In this document: piece after piece, positions 12,150-24,012 of the stretch | Layout: every line of letters starts with the position of its first letter | Numbering within the stretch: position 1 is the stretch's first letter | Notes under the pieces: model-generated | What the model was told of the DNA's origin: nothing | The model's input: only the letters and a program-made list of their open reading frames with translations | Database searches by the model: none | Source: Octopus vulgaris | Lineage: Eukaryota | Length of the DNA stretch: 64,000 bases | Direction: 5' to 3' | Assembly (NCBI GenBank): GCA_951406725.2 | Contig: OX597816.1 | Span: forward strand, 157,480,001-157,544,000 | Made by a program: the position numbers and the translations under genes

Positions 12150-15100
12150 TTATTTATTTTATCTAGTTTCAGCTCACGAGCTGTGGCCATGCTGGGGCAC
12201 CGCCATTTAGTGTCGCTACATGATTTTACTTCACGAATGCTTTTTAGCAATTGCCATTTGGTGCATGAGGGAGTTCGATGCAGCTGCCCTCATCTGCACC
12301 TCCTGTCGTGAAGTTGGTTCATCTGGGACACCTGACAGGAAGAGATCCAGTTTTATTTTAAAGACATCTGATTCCACCCCATGCAGGTCTCTCAGGTTCT
12401 TCGGGAGGGGATTGAAGAGCCCAGGCTATCACGGTATCTTGTCCTACATCTTGATGGCAAATTTGGAGTCCTTGGCACTATGCAGTGGCGCCCAGTTCTA
12501 GTATTTGTGTAACTCTCGATGCCAAAGTTTGGGACAAGTCCTTCTAGGATCTTCCAGATGTATATTATGGCATATCTTTCTCGCCTACGCTCTAAGGAAT
12601 AGAGTCTTAATCTCTTGAGTCTTTCCCAGTAGCTTATATGCTACACAGAGGCTATCTTCTTCGTGTAGCCTCGTTGGATCGCCTCAAGTTCTGTGATTAA
12701 CTTGACACTGGATGGTGACCATAGCTGAGAGCAATAGTCAAAGTGGCTTAGGACAAGTGTCCTCCAGAGGACCATCATGGTTTCCTGGTCTCTTGTTCTA
12801 AAGGTTCTAAGAATCCATCCGGTCAGCCGCCTACATTTCATTGCCAATTTAGCAACATGCACATGAAAGGTTGCACCATCACTCATGTAAATACCCAGGT
12901 CTCGCACTGATTGTGCCTCTGGGATTGCAATCCCTCCAGGTCCAGTGTATTTATTGGGTATTGCATTTAGTTTTGCATGCTGATAGCATAAAGCTTGAAA
13001 CTTTTCAGCGTTGAACTGCATGCTATTCTTTTCAGCCCACTTGTATATTTTGTCCAGCTCACATTGCAGGTGCATAGTGTCTTCAGGGTTCTGTATTGCC
13101 TGTGAAACTTTTGTATCATCTGCATAACTTGTGATCGTGGCTCTCTGCGTGGCTGAGGGCATGTCTGAGAGGGCCATTATGAACAGTAGTGGTCCCAAAA
13201 CAGTGCCCTGCGGAACACCGCTCACTATTTGCGTGTTGATGGAAGTGGCCCCATTGGCTGCTACCACCTGGCTTCTATCCTTCAAAAAGTCATGAAGCCA
13301 TTCTCCCAATTTTCCAACTATGCCAAGATCACGCAGTTTGTGAAATATCATTCCATGATCGACTTTATCAAAGGCCTTTGCAAAGTCGAGATATATGACT
13401 TCCACATTTGAGTGGTTGAGCAGTCGTTTCAGCACCCAGTCATAGTGTTGTAGGAGCTGAGTTAGGCAGCTTCTTCCTGGTCGGAAACCATGTTGGGTGT
13501 CAGGCAGCAAGTCATTTTCTTCAAGGAAGGTGATTAGTTTTCTTCTGACTATTCGTTCCATGATCATGCTGATGTGTGAGGTCAGAGAGATAGTTCTGTA
13601 GTTCTTGGCCTCCGCTCTGCTACCTCCTTTATGAATATGGCATATTTTACCTTCCTTCAGTTTTCTTGGAAGTTTGCCAGTTGCAAGGAAGCTCTGAAAG
13701 AGGAACTGCAGTGGTCTTGCTAGGACTCTCTTACATACTTTTAGAAGGATTGCTGGGAATCCATCGGGGCCAATAGCTGAGTTTGTTTTCATTTCATCTA
13801 TAGCCTTTATTACATCGTCTTCCTTTATATTGATGTAATCAATCTTCGCTGCCTCTGATTTTATATCTGCAGTGGTAAAGAAGTCAGTTGGATTGCTGAC
13901 TTAAAAATGCCCTAGGGGTGGAGTGAAAATACTCTTGAATTGCTCATTTAGTATTTCACTTATCCTCATTGGATTTCCTGTGAGTGTGCCATCCTTTTCA
14001 AGGAGTGGTCCTATCCTACAGTGCACCGTAGCTGTTTCTTTGGCATACCTGTAGAAAGCTCTGGGGTTAGATTTTATGTTGTCTATAGCCCAGGCTTCTT
14101 TGTCTGCTCTTTCTTTTTCATGGGAGAGTTGCAGACATTTTTCAATTTCCAACAGTTTTATTTTCAGGCGGGAACTTTTCACTGCTTTCAATTTGTTTGT
14201 TTACGCGATTTGAAACTTTTGTACGCCGTCTCATTAGAATTTTCCTCTCTCTGGGGATTTTGTTCTTGTGTACAGTGGCCTTTCTCTCTGGGACACATTT
14301 GTAGCATATGGCTTGCATTACAGACATGAATTGTTGAAGTTTCATGTCGATGTCTGGCGAGGAGAGACATTCAGGCCAGTTTTGTTTGAGGATCTCTTTT
14401 TCAATTTGTTTCCAGTTTGCCTTATGGAAGTTCAAGCTGGAAAGATTTCTTGTAGACTGCATGTCCATGCTTTCCTTTGGCCCGTACATGGTCAGCTCTA
14501 CCATGTTGTGATCCGAGAGTAGTGTCGGTGTCACTTTCACATTATGGATGAGATCCATATTATTTGTGAAGCAGAGATCCAGTATGTTACCTGCCCTGGC
14601 TGGTTGGAGTATTATTTGCTCCATGTACAGAGTGTTGATGAGGTTCAGGAGGGACCTCGCCTGTCCTCGTTCGCATCGTGTCATTCCTGGGAGAGAAAGG
14701 CCTTTGGGCCATCTGACATTGGGCAGATTGAAGTCTCCCATAAGAAGTACACTTATGTGTTGTTCTCATGTGACTAGAACTTCTATTTTTATAAGGCACT
14801 CTTCAAACTTGCCTACATGGCTTGGAGCATCTGGAGGGCGATATGTAGCACAAATAACTACAAGTTGCCTTATATGTACAATTAGTGTGTCACACACCGA
14901 ATTTGAGTTTGACAAAAGGACCTGGGGTGTAAGGTCCTCGCGGATGTACATAGCAACTCCTCCATGACTCCTTCCTTTTCTGTCGGTCCGTAGTACAATA
15001 TACTGTGGTATGTGTACTTCCGCATCTGCTATGTCCGGTTTCAGGTGTGTTTCCGTAAGTGCTATGCATAAGGCTTGATTGCATGCAACAAGGTATCTCA

Positions 15101-15690
15101 AGAAAGGGATTTTTGTCTTGTTACTGAGTGTTAGCAGTCCTCTGATGTTCAGTAGGAGCATCGAGTTGATGTGTGTGCTGTTGCCGGTGGTGTTCACCTT
15201 GGGTCTATTTGCTGTGGCGGTATTGTGTATTGTGAATAGTCCCATCTGCGAGTTTGAGTTTGATGGAGCCAGGTTAGCTGCTGTACAATCTTTTGTGCCA
15301 TGCACAAAAAAGATTCTTGTTCAGCAGCTGCCCTTTCAATAACATGTTGGTGGTTTGTAGCACGCACCACATCTGCGTACCTCCGTTTGGGGGCAGGTGG
15401 TGCGTGGTCCATTCCTTTTCCTTTTGGCAGTTGGTTTCTGTCCTGTTTCATGTATATGTGGCAGGGTCTTTGGTGTGCAAAACGGCAGCCTGCACCTTCC
15501 TCTCCATGCTAGCAGACACCTTTCAGGTAGAATTTACACATTCGTGTGCGCTGTCTTTTTCTATCCTTTTTGGTATATGGATAGTCAAGTTTGCTTCTAT
15601 CCTTGGCTGTTTCATCTTTTGGTTTTGTTTGAGTTTTAGTTTTTCCTTCTTTTTATTCAAATTTGTTTTAAATGCAAGATCTTAGGTGGG
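12150..15690 (-). mobile_element. Near full-length CR1-group LINE (ORF1 remnant, APE endonuclease, RT), frameshifted
   Basis: APE motifs LLNIRGL, IALTETHL, HGGVAMY, YRPP, MGDFNLP, ILDL, LSDH. RT motifs YLDFAKAFDKVDH, SGVPQGTVLGPLLF, YADDTK. 3' tail ends in (AAAT)-type repeats. Confidence 0.92.
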
Positions 15691-16164
15691 TCTATGAAAT
15701 GTCATTAAATATATATATTGACTTAGGACAAGAATTAGATTTACTGTATCACTAACCTTGTCTGACAACTTTTTGTAAGAAAGTCCGCGTAATGTAGAAC
15801 ATACATATATTCATACAACTTAACCACTGGCAACCGGTCACCCTAATGAGATTGTTTCTCAAATAAATGGAGGGAGAAATGACCAGTGAGAAAAAGAGAA
15901 AAATAAAGAAAAATGAATGGGTTATTTTCATTTGGCCGTTCATGGAAAATAGAAAGGTTATATCTGAACTCCTTCTATGGGCCCTATCCGTCCAATTATA
16001 GATTAGATTTTTATTAAACTGCAATGAGCCTAGTAACATGTATAAAAAGATTCGTTAATGGGTGTAGACGGCAACTTGACACAAACTACCAAACTGATTG
16101 CTGTTTATATATACTGGCAAAGATACCCGGCCTCGCTCGGGATTAAAATGGCATAGATTGTCAT

Positions 16165-16452
16165 TGTCTTACTTGTTTCAGCCATGTGATTGCGGCCTTC
16201 TGAAGCACCGCCGTTGGTCGAAGAAATCAACCACAGGATTTATTCTTTGTAAGCCTAGTACTCATTCTGTCAGTGTCTTTTACCAAACCGCTAAGTTACG
16301 GGAATGTAAACACAGCAACATCAGTTATCAAGCAATGGTGGGGGTACAAACGCAAGACACGCACACACATACACATATATACGACGGTCTTCTTTCAGTT
16401 TCCGAGTATGAAATCCATTCACACAAGGTTTTTGTCGGCCTGAGGCTATAAT
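16165..16452 (-). mobile_element. Partial tRNA-derived SINE (family of 21433-21830)
   Basis: Reverse-complement similarity to the SINE body (cttctttcagtttccg, aaatccattcacacaagg) and tail. Confidence 0.75.
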
Positions 16453-16618
16453 AAGCATGTGTGTGTGTGTGTGTGTGTGTGTAATAAATCTCTGACCTCG
16501 CTCAGAGATTTATTATTGCTTGTTTACACTTTTTCGATATCAGTGACTTTCGTCCCTGGAAAAAGGATATATATTTGCAAAGAGAGGCCTACTTTTCATC
16601 GACAACCGTTGATTGTCA

Positions 16619-16660
16619 TATGCTGATGATGGATCAGTACCCAGAAACTCGAGTCCGAGT
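16619..16660 (+). ncRNA. Hammerhead ribozyme-like motif, canonical core
   Basis: CUGAUGA-UGG aucaguac CCA-GAAACUCGAGUC: perfect core, palindromic stem III ACUCGAGU, GUC triplet; stem I is weak. Confidence 0.6.
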
Positions 16661-16831
16661 GTATCATAGGTTGAAGACGGGAAGGATGGCTTCCCTTGCA
16701 AATATTGATAGGGCACAGAAAGTGTGTCAATAGCCAGCTGGAGGAGGAGTCCTCCTGGGGCTACAAGCTACAGTAGCATCCAGCCTTAGGGTTTAGCCAC
16801 ATTTAAGTAACAAATATAATTCACGATATAT

Positions 16832-16916
<85 letters not shown>

Positions 16917-16947
16917 CATATACACATATATATATATATATATATAT

Positions 16948-17845
16948 AGTAGCTGACATACTCGGTAATTCCCGGGAAAGCGGGCGTATCCCTTGGTTCC
17001 GTTCTCATAATTGTTTCGCTAGTCCAGTAACAACAATATAAAGTAGGTAGCCTTCAAGACGGTTTTTGTGTATTTATTGAGAATACTGAACTCTCTTACA
17101 AGGGATCTTGTTTTTAGGACTACCCAATAACTTATGAATACCCAAATTGTGAAGTCAGTTATGTAATAGCATGAAATGAATTACTCTATAGTAACAATTC
17201 AAATAAAGTAGCCCTGAAAATGGTTTTAATACGTTCCCAGAGTATATTTTAGGAGGAAATAATAAATAAGGTATATATACTAAAATCGTGAACATGTTAC
17301 GTAATAACAGGTTAATCGGATATGAGATAATAACAATTCAAAGTAATTAACTGTAAACAAAAGTTTTTGGGTGTTCCCAAAGAATATTACCCTCAGCAGC
17401 GCTTGTGTTGGTATATTCGTGAATAAGTCACTAACCGAAATAAGTGGATCTATTGTTTAGGACAATACTATTTACTTGTTTAAGTGTTGTATTGGATACA
17501 TTGAGAAAATAACTAAAAGAGTTCAAATACTAAGAAATAAGCATACTAAAAATGAATGGGTTATTTCCCTTGGTGGTTGTTTCCAGGAGGGAATGTGTTA
17601 CTTCCCTTGGAAGCTTAAAATATTTACTCTCTTACGCCCAAATGTTATTCCTCCCGCCGTTTACCCGAACATTTTTTTTTTCGAAATAAATTTATACTTA
17701 AAACCTCCCCAGACACATAAGCAATGTGCATGCGAAGTTTAAGAAAATCGGTGGAGCCGTTTTGGCGCAAAACGAGGACATACCGATACACACACCCACA
17801 CACACACACACACACACATTTTCAGATTTCATACACACCCATATA
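16948..17845 (-). mobile_element. Degraded non-autonomous Helitron-like element
   Basis: Left end tagctgacatactcggtaattcccggg resembles the hairpin-CTAG end at 28393. Right end has the shared aagttt..aaaatcgg module and (CA)n. Confidence 0.5.
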
Positions 17846-17859
17846 TATATATATATATA

Positions 17860-18232
17860 TACTGTTGGATCTTACACATAAGGTATTGGAATCTTACATT
17901 GTGTATAAACTCTATATTTAGAAAAACAATTTTAAATACTGTTGGATTTTTCTCATAAGGAAATGGAATCTTACATATATACCATTCTGCCTAAAAAATG
18001 GATCTACAAATTCAATATCCCTACATATCTCACATCTATTTTATTTCCTCCACCTCACTCTCTATTTTGTATCCTATGTAAATTAACTATTACTTAACTA
18101 TCATCTCACACCGTCTACGATGAAGGGACATAATAAATAAATATCCTGGAAACAGCTGTAAGACTTTCTATCTATAAATGTTCTAATATCTACACAGCCT
18201 TGGTTTTTTTATCTCATTACGCAAAAAAGTCT

Positions 18233-18235
<3 letters not shown>
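17860..18235 (+). mobile_element. Solo Penelope pseudo-LTR/3' UTR with hammerhead-like motif (18113-18164)
   Basis: Homologous to the reverse complement of 1990-2420; GUCU-ACGAUGA-AGGGA..UCCUG-GAAACAGCUGUA-AGAC. Confidence 0.7.
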
Positions 18236-18285
<50 letters not shown>

Positions 18286-18469
18286 TTTCTTTCCTCCTTG
18301 CTTCCTTAAATCATATATCCAATACAAGGATATAAAACATGCACACATACATGGTGGTTGTCTAATCCCTATGCATATTTTGACCACTTCCTGTATCTAC
18401 ACCTTATCACCATCATGGTATCTGATGGGGCTTTTTAAGCCAGACAATGTTCTGAAAAGACACCCACAT

Positions 18470-20340
18470 AGATTTCACATCCGATTTGGACCATCTTTGT
18501 GGAAATTCAAATGTCTTTTGAGGCCTCTGTTGGGTTTGCAAACCTTCTGGCATACACTACATTCAAAGGTGTGCACATACATGTAGGCAGAATAGTTGGT
18601 GGAGGTTCGCTTTCCATGGGTTCGCAGATGAGATTTGAGCCCAGCAAAAGACAGGCATGGTCTGTCACAGACTCTGCACACAAAAAGGTCATTGTAAATC
18701 ATTTTCTTAATCGTTACATTTTTCCTTAGATCTCTTTTGGATCTTACATGCGTTATCCTGGCCTCTTCGAATGCTTTCACTCCACTCCACACCTTTTTTT
18801 GCCATCAAACTCGATCTGAAGCAAGGGTTTCTATGTCTGCTGGATCCATTCTAAGTGACTTCATAGTAGTCCTTATGCCATCCTTAAACCTTTTAGGTTT
18901 ACGCCGATAGCGTTTCCCCTCTGGAAGCTCACCATAAAACAGTTGTTTCGGCATGCGTTCATCTACCATTCGAACAATATGGCCACACTATCTCATTTGG
19001 TTCCTTAAAATCATAGCTTTAATTGAGATGATGCCTGTAGGTGCAAGGACATCTGTGTTTGGAATAAAAGAACTCCGTTTAATTTTCAAAATGCGATGAA
19101 GGCATTTTTGGTGGAATTGTTCTAACAATTTAAAATGCCTTTCATAACAAGTCCACGTTTCACAGGAATACAACAGGGATGGTAAGACAAATGATTTGTA
19201 AAGAGCCAGCTTTGTATTCTTATTTATATGTCGCTGGCACCAAACGCGTGACTCCAAGCCACCAAAATGCTTTTTCTGCCCTTTGAATTCGCAGCTGTAT
19301 TTCTGTATCAAGATTTCCAAGCATATTCAACAGAGTTTCCAAGGCAGATGAACGAATCGACAACCTCAAGTAACTTACACTTAACAAAACTTTTAGAGGA
19401 GTTACAAACAGCACCACATACAATTGAGGCATTACAACTGTTTTTCTTTTTCCAAGTTCATGGTCAAGCCAAAATCATCACAAGCCGAGTCAAATGCATA
19501 TACAAGAGATTGCAGACCTGTTTCAGAATGGCTGACAAGATCGCAATCGTCAGCGTACAAAAGTTCCCTAATGAGTGAAGTAAAAACCTTCGTTTTAAAT
19601 TTCAGTCTGGTCAGATTAAAATCATTTCTGTTGTTCGATATTTTATGTAAACCCCTCCTCAGAATTTTGAAAAGAATGTGACAACACAACAGCAAAGTAT
19701 ATTGCAAAGAGGGTGGGTGCATTAAGGTCTCCTTGCTTTACTCCATTAAAAGATTCAGAGAGCCTACCACCAAAGTTAACTCTAGCTTTCATATCTTGAT
19801 GCAAAGCCCTGACCATTTTTACAAATTGCTGGGGGGGGGACCTATTTTCCTTAGAGCTATCCACAGAGCATTTCGATTAATAGTATCGAATGATTTGCGC
19901 GAATCAACAAAGCAATGGTATAGAGCAAGATTCTGTTCAATACACTTTTCTTGTAATTTTCTGACAAGTGTGCTCCTGGAGGAAGGAAAACCACACTGAG
20001 ACTCAGACTCAATATTTGGAACTATAAAAGTATTTAAACGTTCGAACAAAATGCGGGCAAGTACCTTTCCAACCACAGACAAACGCGAAATCCCACGAAA
20101 ATTACCACACAGATCCTTTGGCCCCGATTTATACAAGGATACTAAAATGGCGTCAATCCAGACTTGAAGCACTTTCTCAGTTCTCCAACAGTGACAAATA
20201 AAAATATTTAAGAGTTCAAACATTTTGTCACTCCCCCCCCCCCCATATTTCAAGACTTCTGCACAGATTCCATCAGACCCTGGAGACGTATTGTTATTCA
20301 GCTTATTCACAGCTAAATAAATGTCATTTAGGGTTGCATA
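18470..20340 (-). mobile_element. 5'-truncated RTE-clade LINE, frameshifted, with two C-terminal C2H2 fingers
   Basis: SPGSDGI, NFRGISRLSVVGKVLARI, ESQCGF, GVKQGDLNAPTLF, LLYADD, LLYSCETW; terminal CRVCDRPCLSFAGLKSHLRTH and CSVCQKVCKPNRGLKRHLNFH. Confidence 0.9.
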
Positions 20341-20610
20341 CATACTTACATGCACACATACATACATACATACATACATACATACATACATACATACATG
20401 CATACATGCATACATGCATACATACATACATACATACATACATACATACATACATACAAACATACATACATACATACATACATACATACATACATACATA
20501 CATACATACATACATACATACATAGTACGTACGTACGTACATACATACGTACACATACACACACACACACGAACACACACACATATACACTAACACACAC
20601 ATGCACACAC
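20338..20610. repeat. (TACA)n/(CA)n microsatellite; representative of dozens of TA, CA, TACA, GATA, AAT, GAA and GTA tracts in the window
   Basis: Directly visible. Confidence 0.95.
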
Positions 20611-21096
20611 AAGTATATATGAAGGGAACGTGAAGATGTGATATTGTATTTTATCAGTGACACAAGTGAAACGAAGTCGTTTAAGCTGAGAATAGGATTT
20701 AGGTTCACCTAAATGTCTTTTGTTTTTTGAATGGCGTTTGAAAGTTTTAGTTCCATTTGTTCGGTCTACGGAAGTATCTATCTATTTTATCAGAGTGACT
20801 GTAGATGAGTGTTTCGTTTCATCAATATTTGTGTTTTAAACGTAGCCTTAAATCATACTTAGGATGACAATGTAGAACAAGTCCCTTTGATTAATAAATC
20901 AGTCTTTTCAATGCCCTCCATATTGCTTCTGTTAACTCAGTGATATTCACAGTAAGAGATAAAAAAGAAAACAAGGATTTGCAGTAGAAAGTTGCCTAAA
21001 GTATCACACGGTCAAGCAAAATTCCGAACTCTTTTGCAACACCTTAACAGATTTATTGAACATACGCCATTCATAAAAAAATACTTGTTTACTTAC

Positions 21097-21229
21097 TTGA
21101 GTCCTAAACTGCGACATATTGCGCTTGCCATGAGGCGGGCACGAGAACTGCTGTAGCATATGGTTCCCCATTTGCCATTATAATGTATTTTCACTAAGCC
21201 AGAATATTCTAGGGCAACATCTCCATTAT
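21097..21229 (-). CDS. Host gene exon: N-terminal half of SRCR domain
   Basis: ttttctttgaaag|AT...GGA CTC AA|gtaagt; 133 nt, phase 1 to 2; NGDVALEYSGLVKIHYNGKWGTICYSSSRARLMASAICRSLGL matches SRCR G-V-I-x3-G-WGT-C...A-x2-C-x2-LG. Confidence 0.9.
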
Positions 21230-21432
21230 CTTTCAAAGAAAAGATTAGATATACATATATACAAGCATAAATATTTCTTTGATAAGTAAACATGTTAAAC
21301 AAAATATTACATGACATATTTTGAAAAATGTCCTTTCTCAAATTAATTACTTTCGTTTTATTTGCAAAGCATAAATAACACGTCATATGTTAGTTATAGA
21401 ATTTTCAAAACCTTGAGATACTACGTAAATCA

Positions 21433-21830
21433 TTGGTAAGTAGCTTGTTTACCAACCACATGGTTCCGGGTTCAGTCCCACTGCGTGGCACCTTGGGCAA
21501 GTGTCTTCTACTATAGCCTCAGGCCGACCAAAGCCTTGTGAGTGGATTTGGTAGGCGGAAACTGAAAGAAGCCCGTCGTATATATGTATATATGTATGTA
21601 TGTGCGCGTGTGTGTTTGTGTGTCTGTGTTTGTCCCGCTAGCATTGCTTGACAACCGATGCTGGTGTGTTTATGTCCCCGTCACTTAGCGGTTCGGCAAA
21701 AGAGACCGATAGAATAAGTACTGGGCTTACAAAGAATAAGTCCCGGGGTCGAGTTGCTCGGCTAAAGGCGGTGCCCCAGCATGGCCGCAGTCAAATGACT
21801 GAAACAAGTAAAAGAGTAAAGAGTAAAGAG
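21433..21830 (+). mobile_element. tRNA-derived SINE, near full length
   Basis: B-box ggttcagtccc, conserved body, internal TA/TG microsatellite, tail ggcggtgccccagcatggccgcagtcaaatgactgaaacaag(taaaagag)n; several copies in the window. Confidence 0.85.
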
Positions 21831-22318
21831 AGAGCATTTTTTTAAATATCGGTACGTGCAGCCTATTGTGGGTTATTAATTCAATATAAGGAAGATGTTG
21901 AAATTTCCCATCTGCGAATTTATTTTTTTCAACAGCAAAGGGAGCTATTTTTTTCGAAGGGATAAGCTAACAAAAGCCTCTTTATTCTGTCTTCTCACAC
22001 AGCCTGCACATAAACTAATGGCGAATGCTGCATAAAGTTTCATGGAGCGAAGGCAAAACTCTTATTTAAAGGTTGATTCTTTTGGACGAATCATATGTGA
22101 TAGTTTAAAAGAGGCTTGAACGACAATGCTAAAACATATTTGAAACAATGGACAATAGTCGAAATATCATAATAGATCGGTAAATAAGCAACCCTAAAGT
22201 AAAACAACGCATTGGTAGGTGTTAATAAATTTTAGGGTAGCAAAAGATTCTAGAAAATTTCTCCGCTACCAGCGGTCAAGTGAGAAAGAAAAATTAGTCA
22301 ATAGACTATATAATATAC

Positions 22319-22431
22319 ATTCAAACATATAAGGGACGGCCATAATAGGACATCCGACTCACTAGAAAGAGCAGCCAAACTCCGCTCTTTCTAGTGAGTC
22401 GGATGTCCTATTATGGCCGTCCCTTATATGT

Positions 22432-22437
<6 letters not shown>
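22319..22437. repeat. Perfect inverted repeat: 54-bp arms, 11-nt loop
   Basis: attcaaacatat...ctagaaagagc / agccaaactcc / gctctttctag...atatgtttgaat. Confidence 0.95.
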
Positions 22438-22473
<36 letters not shown>

Positions 22474-22962
22474 TTATCAATCTATCCACCCATCTATCTA
22501 TCGGTCTGTCTCGCTACTTCAGTCTCTATCAGTCTATATGATTATCACTCCATCAAGTAATTCCTCAGTATATACGTATCTGTGCATGTGTGTGTTTCTG
22601 TGTGTGTTGAGTGTGTATGTGTAGCTACACTTGTCATCTAACTCAAAGTAACCTTTTCGTTGCGACACAGTAGGAGGTCAACCCATCTCTGTCTTCCTCT
22701 CCCACAAACAGGAAATCATGGGTCAACATGGCCGGTTTCACATGCCACTTAATTTTCATAAGGGGTAAGATCTGTTTGAAAGAAAAGCATAACTAATAGC
22801 TAGATGTACTCACTAAACATAGTGAATTTGGTCAACCGATTAACCCGGTTTGTATATATTATCTATTAATCGTTTAAAAGCGTTCCTTTGCTACTATATC
22901 TATCGTATGGCCTAAGGAAATCTGTCTTCCCAACATGCTGTACTGCCACTGCATTATTATAA

Positions 22963-23167
22963 TGGTTTCAAATTTTGGAACAAGGCCAGTAATTTTGAGG
23001 GAGAGTGTAAAGCGGTTACATTGACCCCAGTGCATTAGTGATATTTATTTTATCGATGATGACAGGATGAATGGCAAAGTCGACCTCGGTAGAATTTCAA
23101 ATGAGAACATGAAGACGGACGAAATACCGCTAAGCATTTTGCTCGGCGTGCTAACGATTCTGCCAGA
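22963..23167 (-). mobile_element. Second tRNA-derived SINE family (Deu/Nin-domain-like)
   Basis: Minus strand: tggcagaatcgttagc A-box, B-box-like ttgaaattc, then gactttgccattcatcctgtc..cgataaaataaata, resembling the Deu/Nin core from recall. Confidence 0.65.
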
Positions 23168-23251
23168 ATACCTTACTGTATTCTTATAACGAGAAACATT
23201 TTTACGTCTTTTTCTTCTTTAAGAGAAAAACAATAAGCTATATCTACTTAC

Positions 23252-23330
23252 AAGTAGCATATCCAGATGTCAAAGCAACAAATATCAGTAAAGTCAGGCA
23301 GACACTGATTTGACGCGGGTACCAGTTCAT
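23252..23330 (-). CDS. Host gene, first coding exon (signal peptide) of a secreted/membrane SRCR + MAM domain protein
   Basis: Minus strand reads ttatttacag|ACAACGAAG ATG...GCT ACT T|gtaagta and translates to MNWYPRQISVCLTLLIFVALTSGYAT (hydrophobic core, small-residue cleavage region). The exon starts at 23339 and ends in phase 1, compatible with the next exon. Too short for the ORF track. Confidence 0.8.
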
Positions 23331-23689
23331 CTTCGTTGTCTGTAAATAAGAACGTATTAATTTATGATAGATTATTATATATAAAACGATTATTTTTACT
23401 AGTTAACATAAGTGAAACTAGCGTTTAAATTAGGGTTGAAATTAAGGTTGGTTAGAACATGTTATAATGGATTATGATAAAGACACTGACAATAACAATT
23501 CTACCGCTGTTCTTGGTGATGGTGATGATGATAATAATTATATTAATACACGCGCCCGCCTATATATCATAGCTACACATTACTAAACATCGCTGATAAA
23601 AATATTTATTGCACTTCTGAGATAATTCCGTACCGATTCCGAATATTCGGATTCGCTGTTAATAAGGTAAATATGTGTACATATATATT

Positions 23690-24012
23690 GATTTCAAATT
23701 TCGACACATTAGTACCAGAACTCAACTGGTACTTATTTTGTTAACCCCGAAAGGATGAAAGGCAAAGTCGCTCTCGGCGGAATTTGAACTCAAAACGTAA
23801 AGACGGACGAAATATAGGTTTAAAATTTTGGCACAAGGCCACCAAATTGGAGGAAGGGATAAGGAATTACATCTAATCCAGTGCTCAACTGGTACTTATA
23901 TTATCGGCGTCGAAAGGTGAAAGGCAAAGTAGATCTCGGCGGCATTTTAACTCAGACCGTAAAGGCAGACTAAATGCTGCTAAGCATTTTTCCCCGCGTG
24001 CTATCGATTCTT
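23690..24012 (-). mobile_element. Two tandem/partial copies of the Deu/Nin-like SINE
   Basis: Repeats ctcaactggtactta...gaaaggatgaaaggcaaagtcg...ggcggaatttgaactc; homologous to 22963-23167. Confidence 0.7.

Noticed and set aside
18475-18792. Host C2H2 zinc-finger gene
   Set aside because: Collinear with, and terminal to, the RTE RT remnant on the same strand.
20625-20682. Possible hammerhead (GUGAAGA...GAAACGAAGUC)
   Set aside because: C3 is mutated and stems II and III are poor; not distinguishable from chance by eye.
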